NCBI RefSeq assembly: GCF_009914755.1
Contig: NC_060932.1
Strand: one strand, 5' to 3'
DNA length: 64,000 nucleotides
Source: the human T2T-CHM13v2.0 reference genome, Homo sapiens
A program made the position numbers and the translations under genes. The notes below the pieces were generated by a model, which saw only the letters and a list, made by a program, of their open reading frames with translations, searched no databases and was not told the origin of the DNA. Positions 29,592 through 46,024 of this stretch are shown here, piece after piece (positions within the stretch are counted from its first letter, which is position 1; every line of letters begins with the position of its first letter).

Positions 29592-32500
29592 TTAGAAGTA
29601 TTTTTCATTCTGTGACTTGCCTTTTCATTTTTTTGAATAGTATATTTTTATAAATAGAGATTATTAATATAATACAGTTGATCAGTATTTTTCTTAGGGT
29701 TACTGGTTTTTCTGTCCTGTATAAGAAATACTTTTCAACCCCAAAATCCAGGGAAGACATTTCCGTTATCTTTTAGAACTGTATGACTGGTACTGTAGCT
29801 ACTAGATCCATGTGGCTATTCAGATTAATGGGGAGTTGAGTCTGTTCTCTCTCCCCTAATGCAAGACCCTGTTGCAGTGGTCCCTGTCTCCATGGCCCTC
29901 TTTAAAGTCAGCCTTACTACCTTATAAATAAGTAAATAAATAAATTTAAATTATTAAAAATAAATTGTAGAATTAACTTCCTTAGTTGCAGTAGCCACAT
30001 TTTAGGTGTTCAGTGTGTGCCTAGTGCTCAACATGACTAGTGGCAACCATACTGGACAACACAGATACAGACTATTTCCATCATTGCAGAAAAGTTCTCT
30101 TGGGTCCTGTTATCCTAAAACTTAATTATTGTACCTTCACATTTATATCTCTTATTCATCTGTAATCACTTTACGAGTGGTTTTGGGAAGGGGTCGAGCT
30201 TCATTTTATTTCCTATGAATAGTCAACCTAACACCATTTAGTGAAAAGACCATCCTTTCCCCATTGCCCAGCAAGGCAACCTTTGTCATCATTTAGGCCT
30301 GTTTCTGGGCCATCTGTTCTGTTTCATTGGCACATTGGTGTATCCTCATGCCAGTACACAGTCTTTATGACTTTGCTTTAAAACTTGGTTATGATGTCCT
30401 TTAGTGAATTCTGTTAGCATCTGTGTTGAAAATGTGTGATTTTGGTTTTGTGTCCTGTGTTTGTAATGTATGTAAAGTATGTGACATAGCTCATTCTAAA
30501 TCCTGCTTTGAAAGTCTTTATTGAATGCCTGTTATATGTGCCAAGTACTGTTATAGGTGCTGGGGAATAAAGCACATCTAAACTTACTGTAGAAACTTTC
30601 ATGCAAATAGATTGTATGGTTAGGAAGATGATTCTCATAGTGATCATAAAGGCAAGCAAGAAAAGAGAGGGAGGTGAAAATGCTGTGCAGGTAAAGCCAG
30701 TATGAATTGTTGAAGGATGTGTCACAATTCTGTATGACTGTAGGAGAGGTTTTTAAAACAAAAACATTGTGTTTGATTTTGATGCATTCTCATTTGAGTG
30801 GCTCAGTGTTGAGTATGCGGTTATGTGTCTTCTTATTCAGGCTTGCTCACTGTACTTTGTTTGTGCAGGGAACAATGCTATCATGATCATTATAATGTAA
30901 ACATCCCCTCCCAAAGTGTTAGGAAAAGTCTGCTGCAGCTCCCTGTGGTCTACTGTCAGTTACCACTTGTACCCATCTGTTTTATAGCCTCTTCAGTTTT
31001 GTTACTGCTGCTGTCATTTCTGCCATTACTCTTTGTCCTGTGGACTTGTTTTTAAAAGTTCTGTTATGATCACTTTAATAAAGTTTCAGGAGAGAGGGGA
31101 GGCTAATGCATGTGCTCAGCCTGGCATCTTGAGCTTTTTAGACAGAATTTTCTCCTTTTGTGATACATTAATTTATTTCCTGTTGCAAAGAGATGGAGCT
31201 TCTTGCAGTCCACGAAACTGCCATATACCTCTATGATTTTGTTTTTGGATTCTGTAAGATACCATGTTTAGTAGACCTGTGTTGTTGTCCACGAGTCTAC
31301 AGGAAGATGTTCATGTTTTGTTTCAGAAAATATTTCTGTTGTTTTGTGCTTTTCTTAACTCATCAAATACAATGTGTGGCTCGCCCTTGGCCCTTCATAT
31401 TGCTTACCTTAATTGTGTAGACCATAACCAGTTTCTACTTTGACTAAAGTTTGACGTACACAAGTTACTTGAATGTGGGGATTCTGTCTATCCCTCTACG
31501 CCCTAGTGTACATAGTACTATATATTATAGTCTCTTTAAGTGTTAAATGAAAAACCAGTCTAAAATGCAGGATTTATATTAAAAATCGAGTTGCCTGCTT
31601 AATGGTATTGTGGTTTCCTTGTAGACTATAATGATAAATTTTGTGAGACTGGGTGAGTCATTTTAGGTAAAAGATTTGTGGAGCTTTAAAGTGATACTGG
31701 AGTATTTATATATGTTAATGGAATAGGCTGTCTAATTTTGTGTATGGGTATGGTGATGAGACCAAGGCTCTGAGTCTGATTTTTACCCCTTGTGTATCCC
31801 CGATATGTGGATCGTTTTGTGGGACATGTATTCTTAACATTGGCAGACTTGCCCTCTAATAACTGATAACTGCTGTCCAAGGGTTCAAATACAACCATCC
31901 ATGAATGAACAACCCAGATCATCAGGCTGCTGGAAAAAACAACCCAAAACATAGACTTTCAAGATGATTCAGTGAAGTTTCCTTTTGATATGGAGAATAG
32001 TAATAGGCTGTTTTTATTATCAAGAAGTTCTAAACATTTCACTGGGTAACTCACTTTTACTTAAAATAGTTGACTGTCAATAATATCTCATTCTATTTTT
32101 TACTTAAACTTTTTCCATAGGTGGTTCTTTGAACTAGACTTTCAAATTTTTTTATGAAAATGTTTTTAATCGTGTGATAATAGGTCAAAAGATGAAATTC
32201 TGAACATGATTATAATTCTCACTTTTGCTGAGATATTAATGCTAACCAGAGTAGTTCAAAAGTAGTCCCTTTATGAGATAGCTTAAATTACATTTTTTCA
32301 AAGTGATACTAAATGAAATTAGTCATCAGTGTGTGCCAGGTTCATAAGATGAGAAAGCAAATTTAAGGCGAGTAAGCAGTTGTTGATGGGGGTGCATGGG
32401 GCCATTGCTGGGTAGTGCTGAATATGGACTTGATTGGTAGCAAAGCTGTCTGGAACAGTGGTCTTGGGGTGGGAGGTAGGGGTCAAATGGTATCCCTTCT

Positions 32501-33028
32501 TTTATAAGAGCTCTTTTTTTAAGCTTTCAGCAGCGAAATAACCAAAAGGCGGGCAGCAGAAAGGAAAAGGACAATACATCATATTAAATAACAGATCGGG
32601 GAGTTGACCCTAAAGTGGGCATAGGAAGAAGGTGTGCCTCACCTAGCTCTTTCTGGGCAAGACTTTATCATTATTTTTAGATGAACTTCCTTATTATGGG
32701 TGCTCAGTTTTTTTTCATCAGTTTTTTTCATAGACTATACCATCAAATACATAAGAGTAAATTAGCAATCAAATTGATCCATATTTAACGTCATTATTTC
32801 CCTAATGAATTGAGCTTATTTATTCAGCTTTATTTAGCCTTTTCCCCCGTTAAGTTTTCTCATTTAATCCTTGAAGGCCTTTAGAAATATAAAAAACAGA
32901 ATGTAATTGTATAAAGACACAACTAATGGGGTATTGAGAATGTGCAGGGTCCTTTGGAATTGATTACATATTTGATTATTTTGAAATATTTTTCAACAAT
33001 GGTCCATATATTTTTGTTTTCATTTTAG

Positions 33029-33194
33029 AACAAAATCCAGTCTCATAGCAGAGGAGAATATAATGTTTACAGCACCTTCCAGAGCCATGAACCAGAGTTT
33101 GACTACTTGAAAAGTTTAGAAATAGAAGAAAAGATCAACAAAATTAGGTGGTTACCCCAGAAAAATGCTGCTCAGTTTTTATTGTCTACCAATG
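33029..33194 (+). CDS. PPP2R2A: B55-alpha coding exon 4 ([55 protein letters not shown])
   Basis: ttttag|AAC...AATG|gtaagt; 166 nt; frame continuous with exon 3. Confidence 0.97.
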
Positions 33195-33829
33195 GTAAGT
33201 ATACATATTTTCTTTCCATGTGCCCACTGTGTGTACCTGTTGCACATATCCTGTAGCCTAGGAGAGGAATCATTTAACAGAGATACTTGTAAAAAGGACT
33301 TTTGTTTTTCTATACAGAATGTAAACTCTACTTTTTTACTGTCACTTGCAGTTTTTAGATTCTCTGAAAGATTCTCTGATAGCAATTTTTTGTTTACTAC
33401 ACCTCCAATTTGTAGTGAAAAGAATGGGCTGCTATACCATTGGATTTAGGTCAGGTACTATTTCTGTCATTTCTCAGTCTCGTAATCTTGGGCAGGTTAC
33501 TAACACTGAATTGAATTTTCCTCAGCAGCAAACTAGAGATAGCAATTTTTTATTATAGTATTATTATGAATATTAAATAACTTCACATACATCATGAGTG
33601 CAAGTGCTCAATAAATGTTAATTTATTCCTCCTTTTTAAGTGTTTGTAAACTACACAGAGTATCTCAAACTGCAGATACAAAATACTCAAAGGATGGTCT
33701 CCATTCCAGGATACGCTATAGGAGAGCACTTTCTTACTTGATCACCATTAGCATATTGCCTTCTTCCCAGCAATCCACATGGCTGGAAGGAGATTCCTCT
33801 CCTACTGTTTACTTGCCAAGGGAACATTT

Positions 33830-34105
33830 TTTGTTGTTTTTTGAGACAATGTCTGTCGCCCAGGCTGAAGTGCATTGGTGTAATCACAGCTCACTGCAGC
33901 CTCGACCTCCCTACCTCAGTCTCCTGAGTAGCTGGGACCACAGGTGAGTGCCACCACACCCGGCTAATTTTTTAAAAACATTTTTGTAGAGACTGGGTCT
34001 CCCTATGTTGCCCAGGCTGGTCTTGAATTCCTGGGCTCAAGCAGTCTGCCCCGCTCAGTCTCCCAAAGTGCTGGGATTACACGTGTGAGCCACTATGCCT
34101 GGCCC
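33830..34105 (-). mobile_element. AluJ
   Basis: Reverse Alu dimer. Confidence 0.88.
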
Positions 34106-34143
34106 AGGAAAAGTTGAGTGAGGATTAAAAGTTAGTAATGACA

Positions 34144-34447
<304 letters not shown>

Positions 34448-37344
34448 TTAGTAATGACTCTACCAGAATTTGAAATCCTTTATGATGAGTTGGGTGCTTT
34501 CTCTTTGTTCTTATGAAAAACTTTTTCCTGTGAATTGTTTGGACTTTGTTGGGGTCTTGAGTCTAAAGGGAATCATTAGAGTGACTGAGGAGATACTTTA
34601 GTTTCTGGGTAGCCGTAGTCTATAAAAATTTGTGATTAAAACTTTTTTGAGGTTGGTGCTAGGGTGAGGGGAACCTCTTATTTTCTCATCCCCTCACTAT
34701 TAATTTAAAAAGCAAATTCTAACACCTAGACCATAAACATTTGCAGAATATATACTTAAATGACTTCAGGATGAAATGGGGGAAGAAATTCAGCACTTCC
34801 TCCATCTAATTGATGCCCCTCGTCCACAGTATTAGTTCTTAGAAATGCTGTTCACAAATGCCTGATGGCCATCAGCGTTGGCCGCCTCCTGGGTGCCCGT
34901 TTTTCTGATCATGAAAGCTTTCCCCAGCCAGTCCATTGAGATGCGTACCCTCTGCCTTCTCTGTTTTCACAATAGACTGCATTCCCCTCTCTTGTCCTTA
35001 TTAGAAGAAAAATAAAGAGAAGTAACTATTTAAAGCCTGTAAATCACAGCACTATGGGTGGAGGGAACAGTTTATTCCTGTCATATGCTAGCTTCTAGTC
35101 TTGGGTCAGTTTTAATTTATATGGTAAACTAAGTTATTTCAAATAGCTTCAAATATTTTAGACACTGTTCTTTGGCATCAGATGATACATAATTAAACCA
35201 TTTATATAATTTCTACTTTTAGAAGTAAATGTTCCTAGGGAAATGTGTTGTTAACATTTTATATATTGGAATATTTTTATGTCAGTTTATTTCTTATAGG
35301 GCTACATCAGCTTTCTTATAAAGAGAACTTTTTAAATGTAGGCTGAGTTCAAGAGAATAGTATAGTGAAGCCCTGCATGCTCATCATCCACTTCTGACAC
35401 TCCTCAGTTCATGGCTAATTTGTGTCTCGGATCCTTCCCCTTCCCCTCCTCCTCAGTGTTATTTCGAAGCAAATCCGATTACAACGTCTATGGATTAAAT
35501 CTTGTTTAAAGACATTAGAGAATGCATTGTAGATTTTTGTCTTTTGTTTCTTAATACTAAGTAAAATACAGCTAACTGGGGGCTGCATTTTTTAATGCTA
35601 AAATAAGTGCTTAATAATAGAGTCCAATGTGGAAGGATAAAGCAGATTATGAGAATCATATGAACTGTTGTGTCTGGGTAGATGGGAAAAGGATGGGAGG
35701 AGTAGGACTTGAACTATATCTGAAAAACTATTTGGAAAGAAGGAGACTTAGAGAAAAATGTCAACATCTGTTGATTCTGAGTGATATCTTTTATATTATT
35801 TTGTGTATTTTTCTCTGTGAGTTTTTTCTGTGAGCATAGTAACACCCCCCCCCCCAATATAATGGGTCTATATAAAAACTATATCTGTGGGAGAATGATG
35901 GAAAATAGTACCAAACTTTCCAGGTTTGATTAACCAAAATTAATCTTATAAAAATATTTGCATTGGCTTTCCATGATCATTATATGAACTGGGTTTCCCA
36001 GATCATTTTTACTTAAAGGACGTCATAGTCACCTTATAACTTGAGTTAATTTAATGTTCCTTCAAGCATTTTAATTCTCTTTCTCTTTAATCTTCTTTTG
36101 CTCCTCTGAATTCTCATTAATTCCTCTACATTGCAGAAAACATGAAACTGACCTGTCAACCATGAGTGTTACATATATGAATAATGTAAAGTTCACTCAT
36201 AAATAGGGTGTGTCTTAACAACTTCTTGATAAGTTTTTTAGGGTCTTACATAAAGCTGCATTCCCACAAAGGAAACGGCAGCGTGGTTTTCCCTGCTCAT
36301 ACCTCTCATACCTTCTGCTTGTGGTGAGAGGAACTCTGTTCTTCTGCAGTTTCTCCAATGCTTTAGTTATTAGTGTTGATAATTCAGGGGAACACCACAG
36401 TGTGGTCGTTTTGGAAGGAACAGATCTTGAGAATCTAATAACGTCTCCACTGAAAACTGTGTTTTTACATAATCTCACATACAGTTTTATGGAGTTTGAT
36501 TATTCTCACATACTTTGTCTTATGGGCCAAAAACTCCAGGTAATAAAATATCACTGCTGTAGAACATAAGGATTCTGATTTTTTAAAAATTTATGTCATA
36601 TTTATTAACATACTGATTTATTTCCTGCCTGCCTTGTCCCCACCTTACTGAAAAATGTATCCTAATTCATATGTGTCCTGTGTTTGTGTTAAGGAAAAAA
36701 CATTTTTTAAAGAGCTTTCTTCCTGTAAACACTATTAGGCACCACAAACTAATTTTATCTCATCTGAAAGTTTCATAAATACATTGTGGTTTCTTTATTT
36801 GGATCTTTAATAAGGAGGATGGATTTAAACAGGCCACAAGACAACTGGACCAGGGGGCGGGGGTGTTGTCATCCTCATCACAAATACTTTGCAAGTATTT
36901 AGAACAAATACTTCTCAGAATACAGATTTAGGCTAGGCTCATATCTATCTATAAATCATATACATATATAAACTAAATAACACATAGAAAATCTGTATGA
37001 CTGAACTACAAGAAAATTATAAGCAAGGTCACATAGGGCTTAGAAGAAATAATAGATTACAGATGATTAAAGTTAGCAGTTTTTCTCTGTTTACACTTCA
37101 TCATTGGGAAGGGCATCCTTAGGGGCAACTATCATTCTTCTGTACGATACAGAGACTGCCAGGCTAGAGTCACTGGCATCTCTCTGAGTTGTTTCTGTTT
37201 TTATAAAATGGCTTTATATACTGTTATAAACAATTTTGTTACACCATTTTGCTTATGAAAGATCGTTAGGAATGTATGCTTTTCTATAAGAAAAACTGTT
37301 ATACAATTGTAACAGTTTTAAATCAACATGCATGAGCCTATAGT

Positions 37345-38070
37345 GATACAAATAAACAATTGAATGGATACATGGAGAGCAGGGATGCTTCCTGCAGGAG
37401 AATTCTAAATAAGACGTGGATACATACTCTTCCCTACAGGGAGTATAACTTATTTCTCCCTTTAAGTACAGGCTGGATTTAGTGACTCACTTCCAAAGAA
37501 CAGAATATGGCAAGGGTGAAAGAGTCATTGTATAGTGGAGAAGCCTGGCAAACATTGTCTTAACCAAATGACCCAAGTTAACGCCACCAGCTGTAAGTCA
37601 TGTTGATACCATGTATCCCTTTGAACAATGCTGTGAGAAGTCACTTCATCTCTCTGTTCTGTTCCTAAAAACCCATGGTCCCAGTCTGATCATGAGGAAA
37701 GAGCAAGCAAATCCAGTTGAGGGATATTCTACAAAGTACCTCACCACCACTACTCAAAACTGTCAAGATCAAGAAAAATAAGGAGAGCCTGAGAAACTTA
37801 AAGGCAGAGAGACTAAGGAAACTTGATGACTAAATGCAGTGTTGTTTGAATTCTGGAGCAGAAAAGGAATGTTAGTGGAAAACCTGGTTAAATCTCCAAA
37901 TGCAGTCTGTAGTTAATAGTAATATACAAAGTCGACGTCTTAGTTTTGACACACGTACCATGGTTGCGTAAGATGTTGACAGAAGAAACTGGGTAAAGGA
38001 TATATGGAACACTGCAATTCTTGTAACTTTCTGTAAATCTAAACTTAATTGTAAAACAAAAGTTTGTTTT
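37345..38070 (+). mobile_element. L1MC/L1MD 3'UTR fragment
   Basis: 'tagtgactcacttccaaagaacagaatatgg...ggagaagcctggcaaaca...gggtaaaggatatatggaac...ttctgtaaatctaaa'. Confidence 0.75.
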
Positions 38071-38728
38071 TAAACAGATGCCATTTTATATATCCTTGAT
38101 ACCTAGGAATTTGGTTTCTTCTTGAAGGACTTGGGGATGTATGCTTTTAATCAGTTTTCTTCAGGCCCTGTTTCCTACTTGTGAACCCTGATACAAGAAG
38201 GGGAAAGGTTTTAAAAAGGAGGCATCCAGTCCTATGGAGGCCTCTGTGGAATCTTTGATAGGCTCTGCTAAGAAGTGGGAGCAAGGGAGAGCAGCTTTAC
38301 TATTTTGATTCTACATAATAGGCAGTCTTAATCAACTTCATTGTTCCCTTTAAATTTTTTAAAATTCAGTACTGAACATGTATATGTTTACATGTAGGTA
38401 CAGACATATATGTGTTTGCATACACCACACATGCATATCAAGTTTTTCCCTCTAGCTTTAATTACTTTTAAGGGACAGGGATAGAGACCTGTCTGTGACT
38501 TGATTTGACTATCACATGGAATTTATGAGTGCCACCAATCTTTGCACTTTATTTCCATGTGTGTATGTTATTCAGCTGATAATAGGAAATTTTTTAGTAA
38601 GTTCAGATTAGGGTTTTTTTTTTTTTCGTGGAATCCTTTTACGTGAAATGTGAAATAGCATATTTTAAATGCCTTAAAATGTTTTTCTTCTTCAGTATTT
38701 TAAGGACTTTTCTTTATTTTCTTCCCAG

Positions 38729-38841
38729 ATAAAACAATAAAATTATGGAAAATCAGTGAAAGGGACAAAAGACCAGAAGGGTATAACTTGAAAGAGGAGG
38801 ATGGAAGGTATAGAGATCCTACTACAGTTACTACACTACGA
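38729..38841 (+). CDS. PPP2R2A: B55-alpha coding exon 5 ((D)[37 protein letters not shown])
   Basis: cccag|AT...CGA|gtaagt; 113 nt. Confidence 0.97.
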
Positions 38842-39533
38842 GTAAGTACATAAGAAAAAAATGTCACAGATAGTGCTTGTATTCATATTATATAGCCCAA
38901 ATCCTGAGCAGAGCTTGAATAGGAATAATTACAGTCTATCTCCCCTTTCCCAGTAATTCTGTAATCAGGTAGGACATTGAGTAACTCATTTAAACATAGA
39001 AACTGACCTACATAGAGGTCTCACTTTGGCCAGGGACAGAAGCAGGACTCAAGCACAAGACAGTATTTCACGCCATCAGACTTCATCTCTGGTTTGTCAT
39101 GTTAGCTATCACAAGGTCAAGTTTCAAGATAAATTTTCTTTGGAAATCAAAAAAGTAGATACAGATCAAATCTTCTAGTTGTAGCTAAAAAATACCAAGA
39201 ATTAGATGTTATGGGTTAATTTTCTTTTTAGCCTCTTTAATCTGAACCATAAACATTTATTAGCTTGGCATGTCTTTCAAGCAAAATATTGAAACTAAGA
39301 ACTGCAAATTCTAATAGTATTGCAACCAGTAAAAGAAGATATATTATCCACATTGTTCATTTTTTCTTCAGCACTCGAAAGGATCAACATCAGTTGCTTT
39401 TTAAAACTAAATCTATGTAATATTGTTCTATTTTATGTTCTCAAAAACTGAAATAATGAAGTTTTCTGAATCTTAATTGCTATTTGAAACTGAGCCTTTT
39501 GTAATTTCTGTTTTTCATGTGTCTTATTGACAG

Positions 39534-39711
39534 GTGCCAGTCTTTAGGCCTATGGATCTAATGGTTGAGGCCAGTCCACGAAGAATATTTGCCAATGCTC
39601 ATACATATCACATCAACTCAATTTCTATTAATAGTGATTATGAAACATATTTATCTGCAGATGATTTGCGGATTAATCTTTGGCATCTGGAAATTACAGA
39701 CAGGAGTTTTA
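39534..39711 (+). CDS. PPP2R2A: B55-alpha coding exon 6 ([59 protein letters not shown])
   Basis: gacag|GTG...TTTA|gtatccatt; 178 nt; matches ORF track 39534-39743. Confidence 0.97.
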
Positions 39712-40017
39712 GTATCCATTTGGTTTTCTTTGGTGTTTGGTGAAGAAGGCATGTTGTGCCCATATTAGATTTATTTCATCTCTCCTAATGAATTTGGTTG
39801 CTTTTTATAGTCTGTGTACATATATGTATGGCACCTTATTTTTTTCTTTGTAGATGAGTAATGAAATACTGGAAAAAGTTATTTGCTAAACATAAAGGGC
39901 ATAATGTATTGATTTAAAATTGGATTCATGGAATTTTAAGGAATTTGTCTATTGTATCTATGTAAATAGGATTATTTTTTATAATTTAGGTTTTTGTTTT
40001 AAAAATCACATTTGTGA

Positions 40018-41085
<1,068 letters not shown>

Positions 41086-41243
41086 TTTTAATCCCTTTGG
41101 AATTTATACTCATAAAAACAGTGGAGTGCAATTCAGAATTAATATTTTTGCTTAGGTCCATGAATGGGTTTTAGGTTTGAGAAATGTAGAATTATATTTG
41201 CCCTTTTTTCTAAGTGGAAATTCCTTAATAAAATGTTATCTAG

Positions 41244-41408
41244 ACATTGTGGATATCAAGCCTGCCAATATGGAAGAGCTAACAGAGGTGATTACAGCAG
41301 CAGAATTTCATCCAAACAGCTGTAACACATTTGTATACAGCAGCAGTAAAGGAACTATTCGGCTATGTGACATGAGGGCATCTGCCCTCTGTGATAGACA
41401 TTCTAAAT
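41244..41408 (+). CDS. PPP2R2A: B55-alpha coding exon 7 ((N)[54 protein letters not shown])
   Basis: tctag|AC...AAAT|gtaagt; 165 nt. Confidence 0.97.
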
Positions 41409-42279
41409 GTAAGTTTATTGTATCTTTCCTTAAAATGATTACATATTCTGTTTGTCTGAAATAAGCCTCAGACATGATAAGTACAATTACAGAGGTTCAA
41501 AGTCTTAAACCCGTGTGTCCAGAGCCACTTGTACCCTTGGTAATCTGCCTACCTCCTCATGAGGCATTCCAGGTTATTCCTGGAAGCTCTCTTGGGGGGC
41601 ATGTCTATTGATTGCCAAGGAATATATCTCTCATGGAATGCTGTTGTTCTTTGGTAACTTGCGGTTGGGCTCTGTAACCTTGTATTGAAGTAGAGCTGTT
41701 CCTTTCTTTCCCATCCTCCCTTCCTACTTTGAGCTTCCTAGGAAGATTTCTTCTGAGGTTTCCTTGGCTTAAAAAAAAAAAAAAAAAAAAACTTTGGTTT
41801 AAAAACTTCAGGATACAATATTCTTGTCTTGTTGAATATTAACTCATGAAAATTGATACATGCCTGTTACCAAAATAATTTTACCTGGCTACTAGAAAAT
41901 AAGATCCTGGTATGAATTTGGGATGGGCGAGGATGGTGTGTTTCTCATGGTGATGATACAGGCAGTCAGTGAGGCATATTGCAGGAATAATACCAATAAA
42001 CCTGGTGCACTGAAGTCAGAAGTCCCAGGTGAGTCTGGTTCTAAATTAGTCATATGACTGGAAGTATACTGCATACTTATGCATCTTCAACTTCAATATT
42101 CAATTAAACTAAGAAGCTTTCAGGAGAATTCTAGCCAGAGAGATGTTTTTCAGTTCTTTATTAGCCTGGCATTTTACCTCACTTGTAGGGAGTTTGTGAA
42201 TGGTTGTTTAGGAAATGCTTTGTCCAAGCCAGAATATTGTACACCTTGCCCTTTTTGTGTTGTTTTGTTTTGTTTTTAG

Positions 42280-42449
42280 TGTTTGAAGAACCTGAAGATC
42301 CCAGTAACAGGTCATTTTTTTCCGAAATCATCTCCTCTATTTCGGATGTAAAATTCAGCCATAGTGGTCGATATATGATGACTAGAGACTATTTGTCAGT
42401 CAAAATTTGGGACTTAAATATGGAAAACAGGCCTGTGGAAACATACCAG
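42280..42449 (+). CDS. PPP2R2A: B55-alpha coding exon 8 ((L)[56 protein letters not shown])
   Basis: ttttag|TG...CAG|gtattt; 170 nt. Confidence 0.97.
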
Positions 42450-43301
42450 GTATTTGAGTTTTTTCTTTCAATGAGCATATACCCTGTTTACTTTGAAGTG
42501 TTTATAGAGAAGGATTTTGTTACTAGGTTTTAATCCCTGTATGGTGTTTGTTCACCATTAGGCCTTTTCCCTCAGAGATCTATGAGTATGTTGCTCTTCC
42601 TTATGTTAAATGTATATATACTTACATAGGTTGTGTTGTCTCTTGAGTTTTGCAGTTAAAGTGTGATTTTGCTACCCATTTGGTTCAGTATTGACATTGT
42701 TTTTTTTTCTGCCACTATGTACATTTAAAGTGAGGATGGAAGAGCACCCTTCATTGAGGTCTGGGCAGGAAGAGGATTGGAGAAAGTGGCCAGTCCTTAG
42801 TAGAGGTGCACCTGCTCAGGTTGTGGGAGTAGTTGAACTAGAGATTAAATTTGGTGTGCCAAGTCAAATGGACTGGTGTTCTGCCTTTTGGCAGATAACT
42901 GTTGTCTTCAGCTAAAAGAAAGGGCTTGAAAGCCTTAGCAGATGGCTTTAGGAGTTGCCTATCCGTTGTTGGATGTCAGTTCTTGATTCTCTTATCAGCC
43001 AGCCACTACTGTTTATCCGTGTCCACTACATCAAACAGAAGAGAATGAAGTACACAGCCTGGAACAGGGTGAGGGACAGCACAAACCTGTGCTAGGCCCT
43101 AGACTGCAGTGTTGAAATCACTTAACTCTAATTTATACATATACTTTCTTTATGTTATATATTCTCAATAGACTGGGAAGTATGTTTCTCAAACTTTAAA
43201 TCCTCTGACAAACATAAACGAAGATTGTTTTTGATACGTGAAATTTCAAAATAAATACTGCACTGAAACAAAAGACAAAATACTGCTTTGCTTTTCAAAG
43301 T

Positions 43302-43530
43302 ATAGTTCACTATTGAGCAACATGGATTTGAACTGCATGGGTTCACTCATACACAGATTTTTTGTTTTGTTTTGTTCAACCAATGCACATTTGAAAATAC
43401 AATATTTGAGGGATGCAAACCCCTCAAATATATGGAGGGCCAAAACTTCACGTGTGGGTTCCGCAGGGCTAACTGCAGATTTGGGTATACCTGGGGTTCT
43501 TGGAACCCATCCCTCGTGTATACTGAAAAA
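43302..43530. mobile_element. MER8 (Tigger2-derived MITE)
   Basis: 'ttgaactgcatgggttcactcatacacagatttt...ggttccgcagggc...ggaacccatccc'. Confidence 0.75.
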
Positions 43531-44873
43531 AGACTTCTATTTGTGTAACTGCCAAGATTGATATATCTCCTAGTTACCCTCACCATCATTTCATTCCCAT
43601 TGAGAAGAATTGATTTGAAGCTTAGCTTCATACTGATGTATAGTGAGAAACTCTATAATGTGCATTCTAAAATGTTGCTAAATTATGATAATCTACCTAA
43701 TTTTACCTGATTTGCTACTTTTCTACTTATAAACAGTTGGAGTAGTGATTAAAAGTAGTCACATTATAGGCAAATGTATCATATATAGATAAAACTATTT
43801 TTATTGAATTTGTACCAGCATCTTGCCAAGTTTTGTGTGATTGAAGGGTATTTTTTTCTTACTGATTTTTTTGTGTTACATGCTCACTTTTGATCCTAAC
43901 CCCACATGAGTTGCTATTCCTCTGTATTACAGATTTTCACTTAATGTCACAGAGACATGGCCTGAATCATTCCACTATATTTAAAGTTAAAATAGACACT
44001 GAAAATAAGTTTAGATTGTTTCATATAGAATAGAGAATTCTAAGCATTTAGAAGGTACCTTCTCATTTCTGTCATTTCTCCTTAAGTAGCTCCTTAAAAA
44101 GAGATGGTGAAATATAGACACTTCCTTTTTTCCTTTGAGTTACAACAAATACTTTGGAACTTTTGTTTGTAATTAATATTAATGTTGAAATATGTCATAT
44201 TTCTCAGACTTTTTAAATATGAGATTTCTAGTTTATCCTTTTTTGACATATTAGTAAATACAGAATTATATAATTCAAAAAACAGGCACAGCTTTGTTAG
44301 CTTTTGACATTGTATAATATGATACTATCAAATTTTTAATAATATATGCCCAGAATAACCATATAATTTATCACCAAACCAAGGCATGGTTACGCTATGC
44401 ATACATGTGCATTTATAATGGAAAATATAGGCTTCAGTTAAATTTATGCCCAGAAAATGGTATTTAAGAAAGAAATAGGCACAGTTTCAGTGTTGTTATC
44501 AGTAGTTAATGGACTGAAAGCCAAGAATAGTGATATTCAGATATTGCTATAATGTTCTTTTATTAGTCTCTTAACTGTGCCATTTTCAAGTGTTTTTGGC
44601 CTGAATGTTTTATTCAGGCTTATAAAGGCTATGTGTGCCATGCCCAGAATGGAGTTTTCCTTTGTCATACCAGTAGGAAAATGTACCTCCCTGAAGGGCT
44701 TGTGTGTTTTGTAAAAGGACAAAATGCCTTTATTGTTACTGAGAAGATTGAGATTAATAGGTTTAAAAGGTGTGTGTATGTGTCTGTATATGCCCTTTTT
44801 TTCTTTTTAAAGATATGGACTTGTTAAATCATTTTCCTAATTTCAGTGCAGTATATTTGTATTTTTCCCCCAG

Positions 44874-44965
44874 GTGCATGAATACCTCAGAAGTAAACTC
44901 TGTTCACTGTATGAAAATGACTGCATATTTGACAAATTTGAATGTTGTTGGAATGGATCTGACAG
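44874..44965 (+). CDS. PPP2R2A: B55-alpha coding exon 9 ([30 protein letters not shown])
   Basis: cccag|GTG...GACAG|gtaatt; 92 nt. Confidence 0.97.
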
Positions 44966-46024
44966 GTAATTAAGTCAAACCTCTCAAATATGAATTTTAT
45001 TAAAGAAAAGAAACAACTATTTCATTCCAGGTCCTAACTTCGTCTCTAGGGATTCCTTGAAATAAATTTAGTAATTTTAGATATAGCACAGCAGTACTGG
45101 TAGATAAAAAATTAAAGCATTGTATTTCACTAGTAAATATAAAAGTACACAAATTCTAGGTAATCTAAATTATTTAAATGTCTAGAATTTTTTTTCTTTT
45201 ATGAACCAGATCACATTTCTGACATGCTAACCATTAAAACGGTGAAGCTTCAGCTTGGTTGTTATTCTTCCATTAAACTGTTGCAGAAACATTCAGGCGG
45301 CAGATAACTCATTTGGATTGTTAGAAACACCAGGTTTTCCAGATGCTACATTAACACCTCATAGAAGTGGTCTTTCATATGTATGTTATGTATGATGTTA
45401 ACCATAATATATATGGTTAAAATTTTAGTAGTAGTTATCCTTTGCTTTTTATAATTTCCAGTTTTGCCGTAGTGTAATTCCTTTTTCGTATTCATTTTTA
45501 GTAAAATGTTACCCATTATTTAAAGATAAAATAAGTCTTACTTTGAGTCTTTTAGTTGTCTATTTGCCACTATGTTCCAGTAGAACAGAAAGTAGTAAAA
45601 CATAATTTTGGAATTAAACTGACATTTAAAGTAATCAGAGATACTTCAACAACAGTTTTATCACAGAGCTTAATATGATTCCGATTTCATGGTGTTGTGT
45701 GTTACAGAGGATAATAGAACTTATAGAATGTTTTCTTTCATCTGGCTTTTAAAATTATCTGATTTTTGACATAAGGACTAGTAAACCTAGAGTTCTGTTA
45801 ATAGCAAACATTGCCTTTGAGTGCTACTACTAAACCTGAGGCATCAAGAAGAAAGAAGGAAAGGGAAGAAGAAAAAAAAGATTAACAAATTTGAAGAGTA
45901 AAGAGATACTGAAATAAGGTGTGGCGCACAGCTACAACCAGTTTTTCATTGTATTTAAGCAGATAATTAGCAGTTTTATGTTCTATTATCAGAAAAAAAC
46001 GATTTGTTTTCCTTAATATTAAAA

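Noticed and set aside
45120-45560. Repeat-free, UTR-like stretch in intron 9
   Set aside because: Could not assign it to an RNA gene, exon or retrocopy; no box motifs, TSD or poly(A) seen. Needs a conservation track.
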